Assembly: GCA_964462705.1 (NCBI GenBank)
Contig: CAYWYV010000005.1
Location: 1 to 33,761, forward strand
Reading direction: 5' to 3'
Length of the DNA stretch: 33,761 nucleotides
Source: an uncultured Dehalococcoidia bacterium
Lineage (GTDB): Bacteria > Chloroflexota > Dehalococcoidia > Lucifugimonadales > UBA826
In this document: positions 1 to 8,198 of the stretch, in pieces
Layout of the letters: every line of letters begins with the position of its first letter
How positions within the stretch are numbered: position 1 is the stretch's first letter
The notes under the pieces: model-generated
Seen by the model: the letters and a program-made list of their open reading frames with translations, nothing else
Database searches by the model: none
What the model was told of the DNA's origin: nothing
Position numbers and translations under genes: made by a program

Positions 1-430
1 TTTGCTGAACCTCACCACGAATCCTCCCAGGAATACCCATTATGATAGATCCAGCAGGAATTTCCATGTTCTCCACCACCATCGCGCCCGATCCAATGAT
101 AGTATTCTTTCCCATTTTCACCCCATCGTTGATGATGGACCCATTACCAAGCAGACAACCGTCACCTATTTCCTTTCCATGACACACCACTCTGTGTGCA
201 ATAACTACACTATCGCCAATAAAAACATCTGCATCACCATGAACGATAGAATTATCCTGAATATTAGTATGTTTCCCAATAGTTACTTTTCCCATATCCC
301 CTCTAACCACGGCACCCGGCCAAACACTGGACCCCTCACCAATCTCAACATTCCCCACTACATAAGCATCTTCACTAACAAAAGCCGTAGGGTGAATTAT
401 TGGAGTACTACTACCAAGTGACTTAATCAA
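1..430 (-). CDS. gamma-class carbonic anhydrase-like / hexapeptide-repeat (left-handed beta-helix) protein; the 3' end runs off the window
   Basis: Absent from the supplied ORF track because it has no stop inside the window. Reverse-strand translation from TTG 430-428 (GGAGGG at 440-435) gives LIKSLGSSTPIIHPTAFVSEDAYVVGNVEIGEGSSVWPGAVVRGDMGKVTIGKHTNIQDNSIVHGD..VIAHRVVCHGKEIGDGCLLGNGSII..IPGRIRGEVQQ. This shows the hexapeptide periodicity and His pattern typical of YrdA/PaaY/Cam-type proteins. The listed + strand ORF 2..421 is its antisense shadow. Confidence 0.8.
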   Translation of the reverse strand, partial: MIKSLGSSTPIIHPTAFVSEDAYVVGNVEIGEGSSVWPGAVVRGDMGKVTIGKHTNIQDNSIVHGDADVFIGDSVVIAHRVVCHGKEIGDGCLLGNGSIINDGVKMGKNTIIGSGAMVVENMEIPAGSIIMGIPGRIRGEVQQ

Positions 431-592
431 ACTTCCCTCCTGTGATTTAGGTCAAAAACGATTCAAATTATTTTAAAACATATAGTGGTTTTTTGATTAG
501 TGGACTATGCTATTCTGTGGCGATTTCTATAATAAAATGTCAGTCAAATTTCCAATACAACGGAAATTTTTGTCCTAGGGAGCTCGAAAACT

Positions 593-1204
593 TTGAAAAT
601 ATATGACGGTCATAAACTTTTAGTTATTATGACGATTTTCATGCTACTAACAGTAGCAGGATGCGCCCGAGAAAAAATGAGTGACAACGTTAATGGCGCA
701 AATGCGCAATCCCAGCTCGCCCAAGAGCTAAGTACACCATACCCTACCTCTACACCATACCCTACCTCTACACCATACCCAATATCCAATTCCACGCATC
801 CCCAAGAATCCCCAACCCCAAAAGTAGACGCCCTCTTTATATATAACAGGGCTGTCCATTCACTAAGAATTGAAGAATACACTGATGCGGTTAATAGTTT
901 TACACAAGTAATAAAAAGGTTGCCTGACTTGGCCATAGCATATAAGGGAAGAGGCGGAGCCTACTACTACTCAGAGAGAATAGATTTTGCAATTGAAGAT
1001 CTCACAGTAGCCTTGTCGATAGATCCAAATCTAGGAGGAGCACATATGTATCTAGGTATGATCTACAGGGATCAAGGAGATATGGTCAAAGCTGAGGAAT
1101 ATCTGAATGCAGCAGTGGAGCTCATTCACCCCATTAGGGAAAGATGGGAAATGGAAGTAGCGATCAAAACTTTAAGGGATCTGAAGGATAAAACTCTTCA
1201 ATAA
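593..1204 (+). CDS. TPR-repeat lipoprotein with a Pro/Tyr/Thr/Ser-rich repeat linker
   Basis: TTG start with GGGAG about 10 nt upstream. Signal peptide plus lipobox (LLTVAG-C). STPYPT repeat linker. The C-terminal half has TPR-like helices (AYKGRGGAYYYSERIDFAIEDLTVALSIDPNLGGAHMYLGMIYRDQGDMVKAEEYLNAAVEL). Confidence 0.7.
   Translation: MKIYDGHKLLVIMTIFMLLTVAGCAREKMSDNVNGANAQSQLAQELSTPYPTSTPYPTSTPYPISNSTHPQESPTPKVDALFIYNRAVHSLRIEEYTDAVNSFTQVIKRLPDLAIAYKGRGGAYYYSERIDFAIEDLTVALSIDPNLGGAHMYLGMIYRDQGDMVKAEEYLNAAVELIHPIRERWEMEVAIKTLRDLKDKTLQ
734..787 (+). repeat. 18-bp tandem repeat, 2 perfect copies plus 1 diverged copy, coding (STPYPT)x2-STPYPI
   Basis: acaccataccctacctct at 734-751 and 752-769, then acaccatacccaatatcc at 770-787. 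In frame inside the lipoprotein gene. Confidence 0.9.
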
Positions 1205-1207
1205 GAC

Positions 1208-1642
1208 CTAACGAAGAACTATCAAAGGTGCACCTTGCGATACCTGGTCCCCGGGATTAACTACAATGCTTATTACCACACCGGCAGCATCAGAAATAAC
1301 ACTTTGCTGCATCTTCATAGAGTCCAGAACACAAACCTGATCACCTATTTCAAGTGAATCTCCAACATTAACCGAAACCGATATTACAGAACCCGGCATA
1401 GGTGAATTGAAAAACTTGTGATCTACATTTTGAGATTCATGAATGTTATGTGCCTCGTCCAAATTCATTGAATGTGTTTCAGCTTGTGAGTTTTTTTCTT
1501 GCTCCAACGATATATCTACATCAGTTAAGGACACCTCGTACATTTCCCCATCAACCAATACCTTTACCGGATCACATGCAATGTCCTCTACCTCTACTTG
1601 ATACCATTTAGTTCCAACGCGAATTTGCAATTTATTGTTCAT
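1208..1642 (-). CDS. free-standing biotin carboxyl carrier subunit (GcdC/MmdC-like biotinyl domain protein)
   Basis: C-terminal biotinyl domain PMPGSVISVSVNVGDSLEIGDQVCVLDSMKMQQSVISDAAGVVISIVVNPGDQV with the MKM biotinylation motif. N-terminal KLQIRVGTKWYQVEVE / VLVDGEMYEVSL strands as in decarboxylase biotin carriers. I prefer the ATG at 1642 (MNNKLQ), which lies 1 nt after the beta-subunit stop, over the track start at 1669. Confidence 0.8.
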   Translation of the reverse strand: MNNKLQIRVGTKWYQVEVEDIACDPVKVLVDGEMYEVSLTDVDISLEQEKNSQAETHSMNLDEAHNIHESQNVDHKFFNSPMPGSVISVSVNVGDSLEIGDQVCVLDSMKMQQSVISDAAGVVISIVVNPGDQVSQGAPLIVLR

Positions 1643-1643
1643 A

Positions 1644-2801
1644 TCAATGGACCAACGAAATGAACACACCCGCTATAACAGCTGATCCAATAACCCCGGC
1701 AACATTGGGTCCCATAGCATGTGGGAGGAGAAAAGAATGGGGATTTTCCTCCTGACCAATCTGGTGAGAAATTCGAGCTGCCATGGGCACTGCAGAAACA
1801 CCTGCAGATCCGATGAGTGGATTTATCTTTTCTTTCAAGAAAAGATTCATGAACCGAGCAAATAAAATACCTCCCACAGTTCCGCAGGAGAAAGCCAAAA
1901 GCCCCAGCCCCAAGATAACGAGAGTTTGAAAATCAAACACTCTTTCCGCGGTCAGTTGAGTCCCAACCGTAAGCATCAAGAATATAGTCGCAATATTCAA
2001 AACCTCATTTGAAGCTGCTTTAGTAAGCCTTGGAACAACACCGCTTTCCCTGAAAATATTTCCGATCATAAACATAGCTATCAAGGGAGCAGACTTGGGT
2101 ACTAGCAATATAATAGCAACAAGAGCAACATGCGGAAAAATGAGTCTCTCTAGCTTTGAAACCTCCCTTGGAGGAGACATGACTATTTGACGTTCTTTTT
2201 TTGTCGTAAACAGTTTCATCAATGGAGGCTGTATAAATGCAACTGACGCCATGTATGAATAGGCAATCACAGCGGTAACACCTAGAATCTCGGGAGCTAA
2301 TCGAGCTGATAGAAATATTGTGGTAGGGCCATCTGCTCCACCTATAATGCCTATGGAAGCCGCTTCCTCTATACCAAATCCCATTCCAAGTGAACCCGCA
2401 AAAAGTGCTCCCCAAAAAGCGACAAATATACCCACTTGGGCCGCAGCTCCTAGAAGCAAGGTTTTGGGATTGGCGATTACAGGCCCAAAGTCAGTTAGGG
2501 CTCCTATTCCAAGAAAAATTATTGGCGGCAATATATTCCAAAAAGAAAGACCATAGTAAAAAAATATCCCAAATATACCCGCTCCCTGGACATCGCTTTT
2601 ATCTGAGGGAGAATCCACTAACCCTGTAAGAGGTAAATTAGCTGCTACTATTCCCAAACCTATAGGCAACAATTCATAGGGCTCTAATTTCTTTCGAATT
2701 GCCAGTGCGATAAACCCCACACCTATTAGAATCATGATCCCCTGGCGCCAGTCTAAATTAACTATGCCCGTAGTAGATATAAAATCAGAAAACTCTTGCA
2801 T
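1644..2801 (-). CDS. sodium ion-translocating decarboxylase beta subunit (OadB/GcdB/MmdB family)
   Basis: 385-aa polytopic membrane protein. The N-terminus GIMILIGVGFIALAIRKKLEPYELLPIGLGIVAANLP and the Gly-rich helices match the OadB family pattern. Confidence 0.9.
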   Translation of the reverse strand: MQEFSDFISTTGIVNLDWRQGIMILIGVGFIALAIRKKLEPYELLPIGLGIVAANLPLTGLVDSPSDKSDVQGAGIFGIFFYYGLSFWNILPPIIFLGIGALTDFGPVIANPKTLLLGAAAQVGIFVAFWGALFAGSLGMGFGIEEAASIGIIGGADGPTTIFLSARLAPEILGVTAVIAYSYMASVAFIQPPLMKLFTTKKERQIVMSPPREVSKLERLIFPHVALVAIILLVPKSAPLIAMFMIGNIFRESGVVPRLTKAASNEVLNIATIFLMLTVGTQLTAERVFDFQTLVILGLGLLAFSCGTVGGILFARFMNLFLKEKINPLIGSAGVSAVPMAARISHQIGQEENPHSFLLPHAMGPNVAGVIGSAVIAGVFISLVH

Positions 2802-2818
2802 TTACTTTTGTCGTTTTA

Positions 2819-3022
2819 TCAATTTGCTGTGTTAGTACGGCGACCACTGGTCTTAGCATAAATAACAGAGGCACCCACAGCTGCAGCGATTGATTTGTTT
2901 TTGGATTCTAAAATTTTTTCCTTCTGAGGAAGGACATTTTTTAAAAATATTTTTTGCACCAAAATTCTTACCACAACAATAGACCCGATAAGAACCAGGA
3001 GAAGGGAAAAGGCCGTCACCAT
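2819..3022 (-). CDS. small single-pass membrane subunit, OadG (gamma/delta)-like
   Basis: 67 aa with an N-terminal TM helix (FSLLLVLIGSIVVVRILV), a charged linker and an Ala-rich tail (SIAAAVGASV). It sits 17 nt upstream of the beta subunit, the position and architecture of OadG/MmdD/GcdD anchors. Confidence 0.5.
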   Translation of the reverse strand: MVTAFSLLLVLIGSIVVVRILVQKIFLKNVLPQKEKILESKNKSIAAAVGASVIYAKTSGRRTNTAN

Positions 3023-3151
3023 GCCTACTATGGTTAGATATAGCGCTTGACTGAAAGTGGAAGAGTCGATTTGAATAATATTACCTGCAGTGGGATTATA
3101 TATCCTAGAAAGTTTACACTATTACCGTTTCCTCAAACCAATCATATTGTC

Positions 3152-3760
3152 ATGACAAAAAGTTCGAAAAAGTCCCCCAAACCGAATGAACCTGATAATA
3201 ATCCCCAAAAACCTAGGGGTCCATCATTAGTTGAATACGGCTTCAGGGCAGCAACACTAGACTCGTCCATATACCCAGCATTCCGATCTAAAGCTGAGCT
3301 GGTTCTTCATTCTCTAGGCTCTGTTGCAGTGACAGGTGTATCCCTGTCAATTTGGGTTCAATATTCAGGAAGTAATCCGGTTCCTTCGGGAGGACTCCAA
3401 AGTATATATCCAGTGCTGGTTTCATTTAGCACCGTTATGGTAGGTTGGATGATGTGGGCGTTTGTCGCAAAAGCCATTTGCAACATGATGGGCAGCGAAA
3501 TAGACTTCCGGTCCAGCATGAGGTCAATTGGGATTGCCTATAGCCCTGGAGTTTTTCTCGTCTTTGCCAGCATCCCATTTATTGGGCCTTATTTATTTCT
3601 TATTGTTTCAGTCTGGCTTCTAGCGACAATAACAAGGGCAATTTCCGCGGCGAACAACGTTAGCTTAATGAAAGCGATTATTCCGGGGTTTTTAGGCTGG
3701 TTGACGTCTTGGATACTATTAATGGGATGGATGGTTATATATCCATTTGCTCTGGTATAA
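3152..3760 (+). CDS. Yip1-domain-like polytopic membrane protein
   Basis: ATG at 3152 (MTKSSKKSPKPNEPDNNPQKPRG, a basic cytoplasmic N-terminus) followed by about five hydrophobic helices. The track start at 3047 adds an implausible leader. The family call is by overall architecture only. Confidence 0.5.
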   Translation: MTKSSKKSPKPNEPDNNPQKPRGPSLVEYGFRAATLDSSIYPAFRSKAELVLHSLGSVAVTGVSLSIWVQYSGSNPVPSGGLQSIYPVLVSFSTVMVGWMMWAFVAKAICNMMGSEIDFRSSMRSIGIAYSPGVFLVFASIPFIGPYLFLIVSVWLLATITRAISAANNVSLMKAIIPGFLGWLTSWILLMGWMVIYPFALV

Positions 3761-3764
3761 GATC

Positions 3765-4562
3765 CTAACCACTAGAAATATGTTCCTCAATTATGTGCCA
3801 TCGCTTTGAAAGTAACGTTTTGGTATTAGCAAATACAACTTCTTCAACTTCTTCCGGGCATTTTCCTTGTAATTGAGCAATCTTATCTATAATCGGTCTC
3901 AGATGCCTTGGTTCAGTCCAATTATCACGATTCTTTTTAAAGGGCTGAGGTGAAGAATCTGTTTCTACGACGATGTGGTCAAGAGATAACTGACTTACAA
4001 CATCAGCAAGGTGTTCAAGCCGAAAAATAGGTCTGGCAATTGAAATATAAAATCCGAGATCAATAACCCGTTTTGCGTCATCTAAGGTTACCTGAAAATA
4101 ATGCATCACGCCAGGAACCTCGTAAGCTCTCTCTTCTAAGAGAACTCGAAAACAATCTTCGTGCGCCTCCCTGCTATGAAATACAATTGGGAGGTTAAGC
4201 TCTTTCGCAATAGAAATTTGCCTCCTAAAAGCATCAAACTGCCAGGCTCGATCTGGAGATGTTTCCAAATAATCAAGTCCTATTTCACTCATCACAATCA
4301 CTTTTTTATTACTTGAGGCCATGAATTGTAATTGATCATAATCTTGAGAAGTAAGTGGTTTTTTTATATCCATTGGATGTACCCCAACTCCTGAGAAAAA
4401 TCGATCATGGCGAGACGACAACTCTACAGAAATTGATGACGTTTCGAGCGTAGTTCCAGCATCAATTACAAACCCCACACCCACAGAACGGGCTCTCTGC
4501 AAGATGTTATTTATTTCCTCTTCTGGATAAGAATGAAGATGAACATGAGTATCGATAATCAT
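3765..4562 (-). CDS. TatD family metal-dependent hydrolase
   Basis: MIIDTHVHLH start motif, EIGLDY, and HSREAHED with later H..D metal ligands. Typical 265-aa length. Confidence 0.9.
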   Translation of the reverse strand: MIIDTHVHLHSYPEEEINNILQRARSVGVGFVIDAGTTLETSSISVELSSRHDRFFSGVGVHPMDIKKPLTSQDYDQLQFMASSNKKVIVMSEIGLDYLETSPDRAWQFDAFRRQISIAKELNLPIVFHSREAHEDCFRVLLEERAYEVPGVMHYFQVTLDDAKRVIDLGFYISIARPIFRLEHLADVVSQLSLDHIVVETDSSPQPFKKNRDNWTEPRHLRPIIDKIAQLQGKCPEEVEEVVFANTKTLLSKRWHIIEEHISSG

Positions 4563-4674
4563 TTTATTCTCATTGATTCAAAATACTTTTTCTCAACGTT
4601 ATAGACTCCTTTGGGGATTATACTTAACTCTAACGGCCGATTTAAGAAAATTCAGTAGATGCTAGGTTGCAACC

Positions 4675-6468
4675 TTGCCTTATTTATCGCACAACAATAA
4701 ATGGTTATTTAATATTCTATTTACTGCTACATTTTTAGCTTTTTCGTGTACTACAACACAAGAACAGGAGTCTTCCATTAGCACCACCACCCCAATAAGT
4801 TTCTCTAGTACGACAACACCAATAATGACCTCTAGAACTATGGCAGCAAATTTAATTCCCACACCAGAACCAACAGTAACATCGAAGGAACCATTTATAG
4901 AAATACAACCTAGGATTGTTCTGACAAGTACTCCCATATTTGACTCCCCAACTCAAAGAGCAACCGTGGACACATATATTCCCACTCCGATCCTGGAACC
5001 AATTGGAAATTATGGTGGGTCTCTAACAATTCCTACTGAAGTGTGGTTCGAAAACCTGGATCCCCACATGGAATCATCAGATGGATATGCAGCATGGGGA
5101 CCTGGGATTGCTTATAGCAGGCTTATGAAATTTAAAACGGATAAAAATATGTCTTTACCGTCTCTTTCGACAAAATGCGATTTATGCTCTGAATGGAAGA
5201 TGACTTCACCTAACGAATTTTTGTTCCAAATTCGAGAAGATATCAGTTGGAATTCCTCTGATGGACAAGAATTCCAGCGGGTAACTGCAAAAGATATTGA
5301 ATACAGTTTGCAAAAACAGGGCCATGAGAACTCCCCTAACTCACATATCATCCACATGATCCATGAGATTGAAGCTATGTCTGACAATGAACTCCGAATC
5401 CAATTAGTCTGGCCAGACTCAGACTTTTTTGCAGCATTAGCGAATGGCAAAACAAAAATAGTTCCTGAACAGACTACTAATTTATCCCAAACAAACCTAA
5501 CCTCATATGAACCTGTCACTTCTGGCGCATGGAGTCTCAGCAACTATGATCCAATGGGAGTAGTTAGAATGAGCTCAAGGTCAGGAATAGAAGATCCCCC
5601 CTACCTAGATTCTATTCAGTTTAATTTTGTCCCAGATTCAGACGCCCGTTTAGCTGGATATAGAGTTAACCTACTTGACCTAATTAACTTGAGTACAACA
5701 AACACTAATTCGAAAAATTTACAGACTCGCCTACAAAATCCAGTTCCAGGCTCTGGATTGGAAATAGCTTTTAATACTACTCATCCACCATTGGATTCAA
5801 AAGATACTAGACGGGGTATCATGGCTTCAATAGATCCAAGCTCAATAATAAATGAGGCCTGGAACGGAGAAGGTTTTTTTTCATTTGGTTTTCCCTGGGC
5901 AACCCCAGAATGGTCTCCTAATCCTGAATTGTGGAAAAAATATTTCTTAGATCCTACGGTATCAACCTCAAAAATTGAGGATCAAAACCTTTCACTTACC
6001 ATAACGGTAGGCGATTTCAATAGCAGGTACAAAACCTCTGTAGAATTGATATCTGAACAGATAACAAAATCCGGCTTTCATCCTACAATCAATTATGTAA
6101 ATCGAAGAACTTATGCCAACCTCTGGCAAACAGGCGACTTTGAGATATTGGCCGGCCCCACTTTCCCGCAATCAACTCCCAATGGGTACTTATTACCGGT
6201 ATTACATAGTAACGGACAGTGGAACACTACCAAACACAAGGACGACGTATTAGACTCACTCCTAGAAAAGCAAGCAACTGAATACGATATAACGACCAGA
6301 ACAGAAATTATTCAAATGATAAACAGTCATCTACTAGAACATGCTTATAGATTTATGCCAATTACGAATATCGAGAGATGGACCTGGTCCGACAGAGTAA
6401 TAAATTTTTACCCAAACTTTTCTTCTAGTGAATACTCCCATTGGGGACAGGTGTGGCAAGAACCTTAG
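4675..6468 (+). CDS. ABC-transporter substrate-binding lipoprotein, family 5 (peptide/nickel/opine type), orphan
   Basis: TTG is the first possible start after an in-frame TAG. Signal peptide ends in ..LAFS-C, followed by a Thr/Ser/Pro-rich tether. The roughly 500-aa mature domain has the SBP_bac_5-like opening GGSLTIPTEVWFENLDPH. No permease or ATPase gene is adjacent. Confidence 0.65.
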   Translation: MPYLSHNNKWLFNILFTATFLAFSCTTTQEQESSISTTTPISFSSTTTPIMTSRTMAANLIPTPEPTVTSKEPFIEIQPRIVLTSTPIFDSPTQRATVDTYIPTPILEPIGNYGGSLTIPTEVWFENLDPHMESSDGYAAWGPGIAYSRLMKFKTDKNMSLPSLSTKCDLCSEWKMTSPNEFLFQIREDISWNSSDGQEFQRVTAKDIEYSLQKQGHENSPNSHIIHMIHEIEAMSDNELRIQLVWPDSDFFAALANGKTKIVPEQTTNLSQTNLTSYEPVTSGAWSLSNYDPMGVVRMSSRSGIEDPPYLDSIQFNFVPDSDARLAGYRVNLLDLINLSTTNTNSKNLQTRLQNPVPGSGLEIAFNTTHPPLDSKDTRRGIMASIDPSSIINEAWNGEGFFSFGFPWATPEWSPNPELWKKYFLDPTVSTSKIEDQNLSLTITVGDFNSRYKTSVELISEQITKSGFHPTINYVNRRTYANLWQTGDFEILAGPTFPQSTPNGYLLPVLHSNGQWNTTKHKDDVLDSLLEKQATEYDITTRTEIIQMINSHLLEHAYRFMPITNIERWTWSDRVINFYPNFSSSEYSHWGQVWQEP

Positions 6469-6926
6469 GCAAGGGTGGAAATACCGCTATCAAGGGCTGA
6501 CCAAACCAATAGGGCGCATTTAACCCTAACTGGAAACTCTCTAACCTTGTACAGCGCTGATAATTCACCAAGGTTTATAGCTTCCTTGTCCGCAACAACA
6601 ACGTCCTTCGGTAAAGAGGCTTCCATAATTCTGGAAAACTTTTTCGAAAGCTCAAGCACAGCAGTCAGTGTAAGACCATTAAGGGCTTCTGAAACAATTG
6701 ATCCAGCGGCCTGATTTATTGCACAACCCTCCCCCTGGAACCCTACTTCTCTGACCCTATCACTATCATCAAGGTTAATTTGAAAACGAATCTCGTCACC
6801 ACAAAATGGATTTATAGCCTCACAAGATACGTCGGGTAAATCAAGTACAGCAGAATTCCTCGGATTACGACAATGATCTAAAATCACCTTGTCTCTATAT
6901 AAATCGTTGAGACTACCTAATGCCAT
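6465..6926 (-). CDS. sufU: SufU-type Fe-S assembly / sulfur-transfer protein, paralog 2 (translationally coupled to sufS)
   Basis: NPFCGD, GEGCAINQAAGS and RVKCALL give the three Cys plus Asp ligand set of SufU. There is a long insert between the 2nd and 3rd Cys and no LPPVK motif. Overlaps the sufS 3' end by 14 nt. Confidence 0.85.
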   Translation of the reverse strand: MALGSLNDLYRDKVILDHCRNPRNSAVLDLPDVSCEAINPFCGDEIRFQINLDDSDRVREVGFQGEGCAINQAAGSIVSEALNGLTLTAVLELSKKFSRIMEASLPKDVVVADKEAINLGELSALYKVREFPVRVKCALLVWSALDSGISTLA

Positions 6927-8154
6927 CCCGGAAATACCTCATCGCCTCAAGAATTCCTTCAATCAGGACGTCGACTTCTTTTTTTGTGTTATACACATAA
7001 AAACTAGCCCTAGAAGTTGCTGCAACTCCAAGGCTTCTGACGAGAGGCATCGCACAGTGATGACCTGTCCTCACAGCAATACCCATCTGGTCGAGTAACG
7101 TGCCTAGGTCATGAGGATGTATATCTGGAGTATCAAAAGAAATTATGCCACCTCGTTGATCTGGGTTTCTAGGCCCGAACAACTTACCCCCTTCCTCCTC
7201 AACATCAATGAATTTATTTAATGCATATCCTGTCAGATCTCGCTCATATTCATCAATATTCGCCATACCAATAGCTTCCAAATAGTCGACTGCTACACCC
7301 AAAGCGATAGCGTCCGCTATATTAGGAGTTCCAGCTTCAAATTTCATAGGCAAATCAGCCCATGATGCCTTCTCATAGGAAACCTCTAACACCATTTCTC
7401 CGCCTGTTAGGAAAGGGTTCATACTTTCCAAAACATCTTTTTTTGCGTAGAGACATCCAATACCTGTAGGACCCATCATCTTATGTCCCGAAAATGCCAT
7501 GAAGTCACAATCCATCTCTTTAACATCTACAACCATATGAGGCACGCTTTGAGCACCATCAACCAGGAACTTGGCGCCTTTGGCATGTGCTAAGTCACAT
7601 AATTTTTTGATAGGGTTTATCGTACCTAGTGCGTTAGACATATGTACGACGGATACTAGAGCAGTCCGGTCATCAATTATAGAATCGATGTCTGATAGAT
7701 CTAGTACACCTTCATTATCTAATGGTATGTACCTAATCACAGCGTTCTTCTCTCTAGTTAATTCTTGCCACGGAACAAGATTACTATGATGCTCCATAGG
7801 CGTCAGAACGATATTCTCACCACTTTCCACATTTTCTCTGGCCCATGAATGAGCCACCAAATTTAAACTCTCTGATGCGTTACGAGTCCAAATGACCGTG
7901 TCAGGATCGCCAGCATTGATAAACTTCGCCACTTTTTTTCTAGCATCCTCATACATATCAGTTGCTTCCATACTGAGAGTATGGACACCTCTATGCACGT
8001 TGGCATTAAAGTTTTCATAGTAATCGACCAGAGCTTGAATCACTTGCCGGGGTTTCTGCGTAGTTGCAGCATTGTCCATATAAACTAGCGGGTGTCCGTT
8101 GACTTCCCGACCTAAAATTGGAAAGTCATCCCTTATTTTTTGTACGTCCAACAT
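6913..8154 (-). CDS. sufS: cysteine desulfurase SufS (group II)
   Basis: NVHRGVHTLS, FSGHKMMGPTGIG (PLP lysine), RTGHHCAMPL (active-site Cys). 413 aa. Confidence 0.95.
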   Translation of the reverse strand: MLDVQKIRDDFPILGREVNGHPLVYMDNAATTQKPRQVIQALVDYYENFNANVHRGVHTLSMEATDMYEDARKKVAKFINAGDPDTVIWTRNASESLNLVAHSWARENVESGENIVLTPMEHHSNLVPWQELTREKNAVIRYIPLDNEGVLDLSDIDSIIDDRTALVSVVHMSNALGTINPIKKLCDLAHAKGAKFLVDGAQSVPHMVVDVKEMDCDFMAFSGHKMMGPTGIGCLYAKKDVLESMNPFLTGGEMVLEVSYEKASWADLPMKFEAGTPNIADAIALGVAVDYLEAIGMANIDEYERDLTGYALNKFIDVEEEGGKLFGPRNPDQRGGIISFDTPDIHPHDLGTLLDQMGIAVRTGHHCAMPLVRSLGVAATSRASFYVYNTKKEVDVLIEGILEAMRYFRDGIR

Positions 8155-8198
8155 ATCTAGCTACATAGACTCCGTATTCTTTTTACTATTAATAAAAA

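Noticed and set aside
2-421. Track ORF of 139 aa on the + strand at the left edge
   Set aside because: The composition is low-complexity and His/Asn/Thr-rich with no recognisable motifs. The opposite strand in the same interval encodes a clean hexapeptide-repeat protein with an RBS, so this is an antisense shadow ORF.
546-569. An 8-bp inverted repeat (AAATTTCC-N8-GGAAATTT) upstream of the lipoprotein gene, as a terminator or riboswitch element
   Set aside because: The stem is almost entirely A/T, so predicted stability is low. Such repeats are expected by chance in AT-rich spacers, and there is no flanking conserved-looking structure.
734-787. The tandem repeat as a possible CRISPR or minisatellite locus
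   Set aside because: The units are directly adjacent with no spacers, there are only about 3 copies, and they are in frame inside a coding sequence. This is a coding tandem repeat, not a CRISPR array.
1643-1669. Extended N-termini given by the ORF track (1669, 3047, 15430, 15975, 16547, 24746)
   Set aside because: In each case the extension overlaps the upstream gene or adds non-homologous residues. An internal ATG or TTG, with an RBS or stop-start coupling, gives the family-typical N-terminus.
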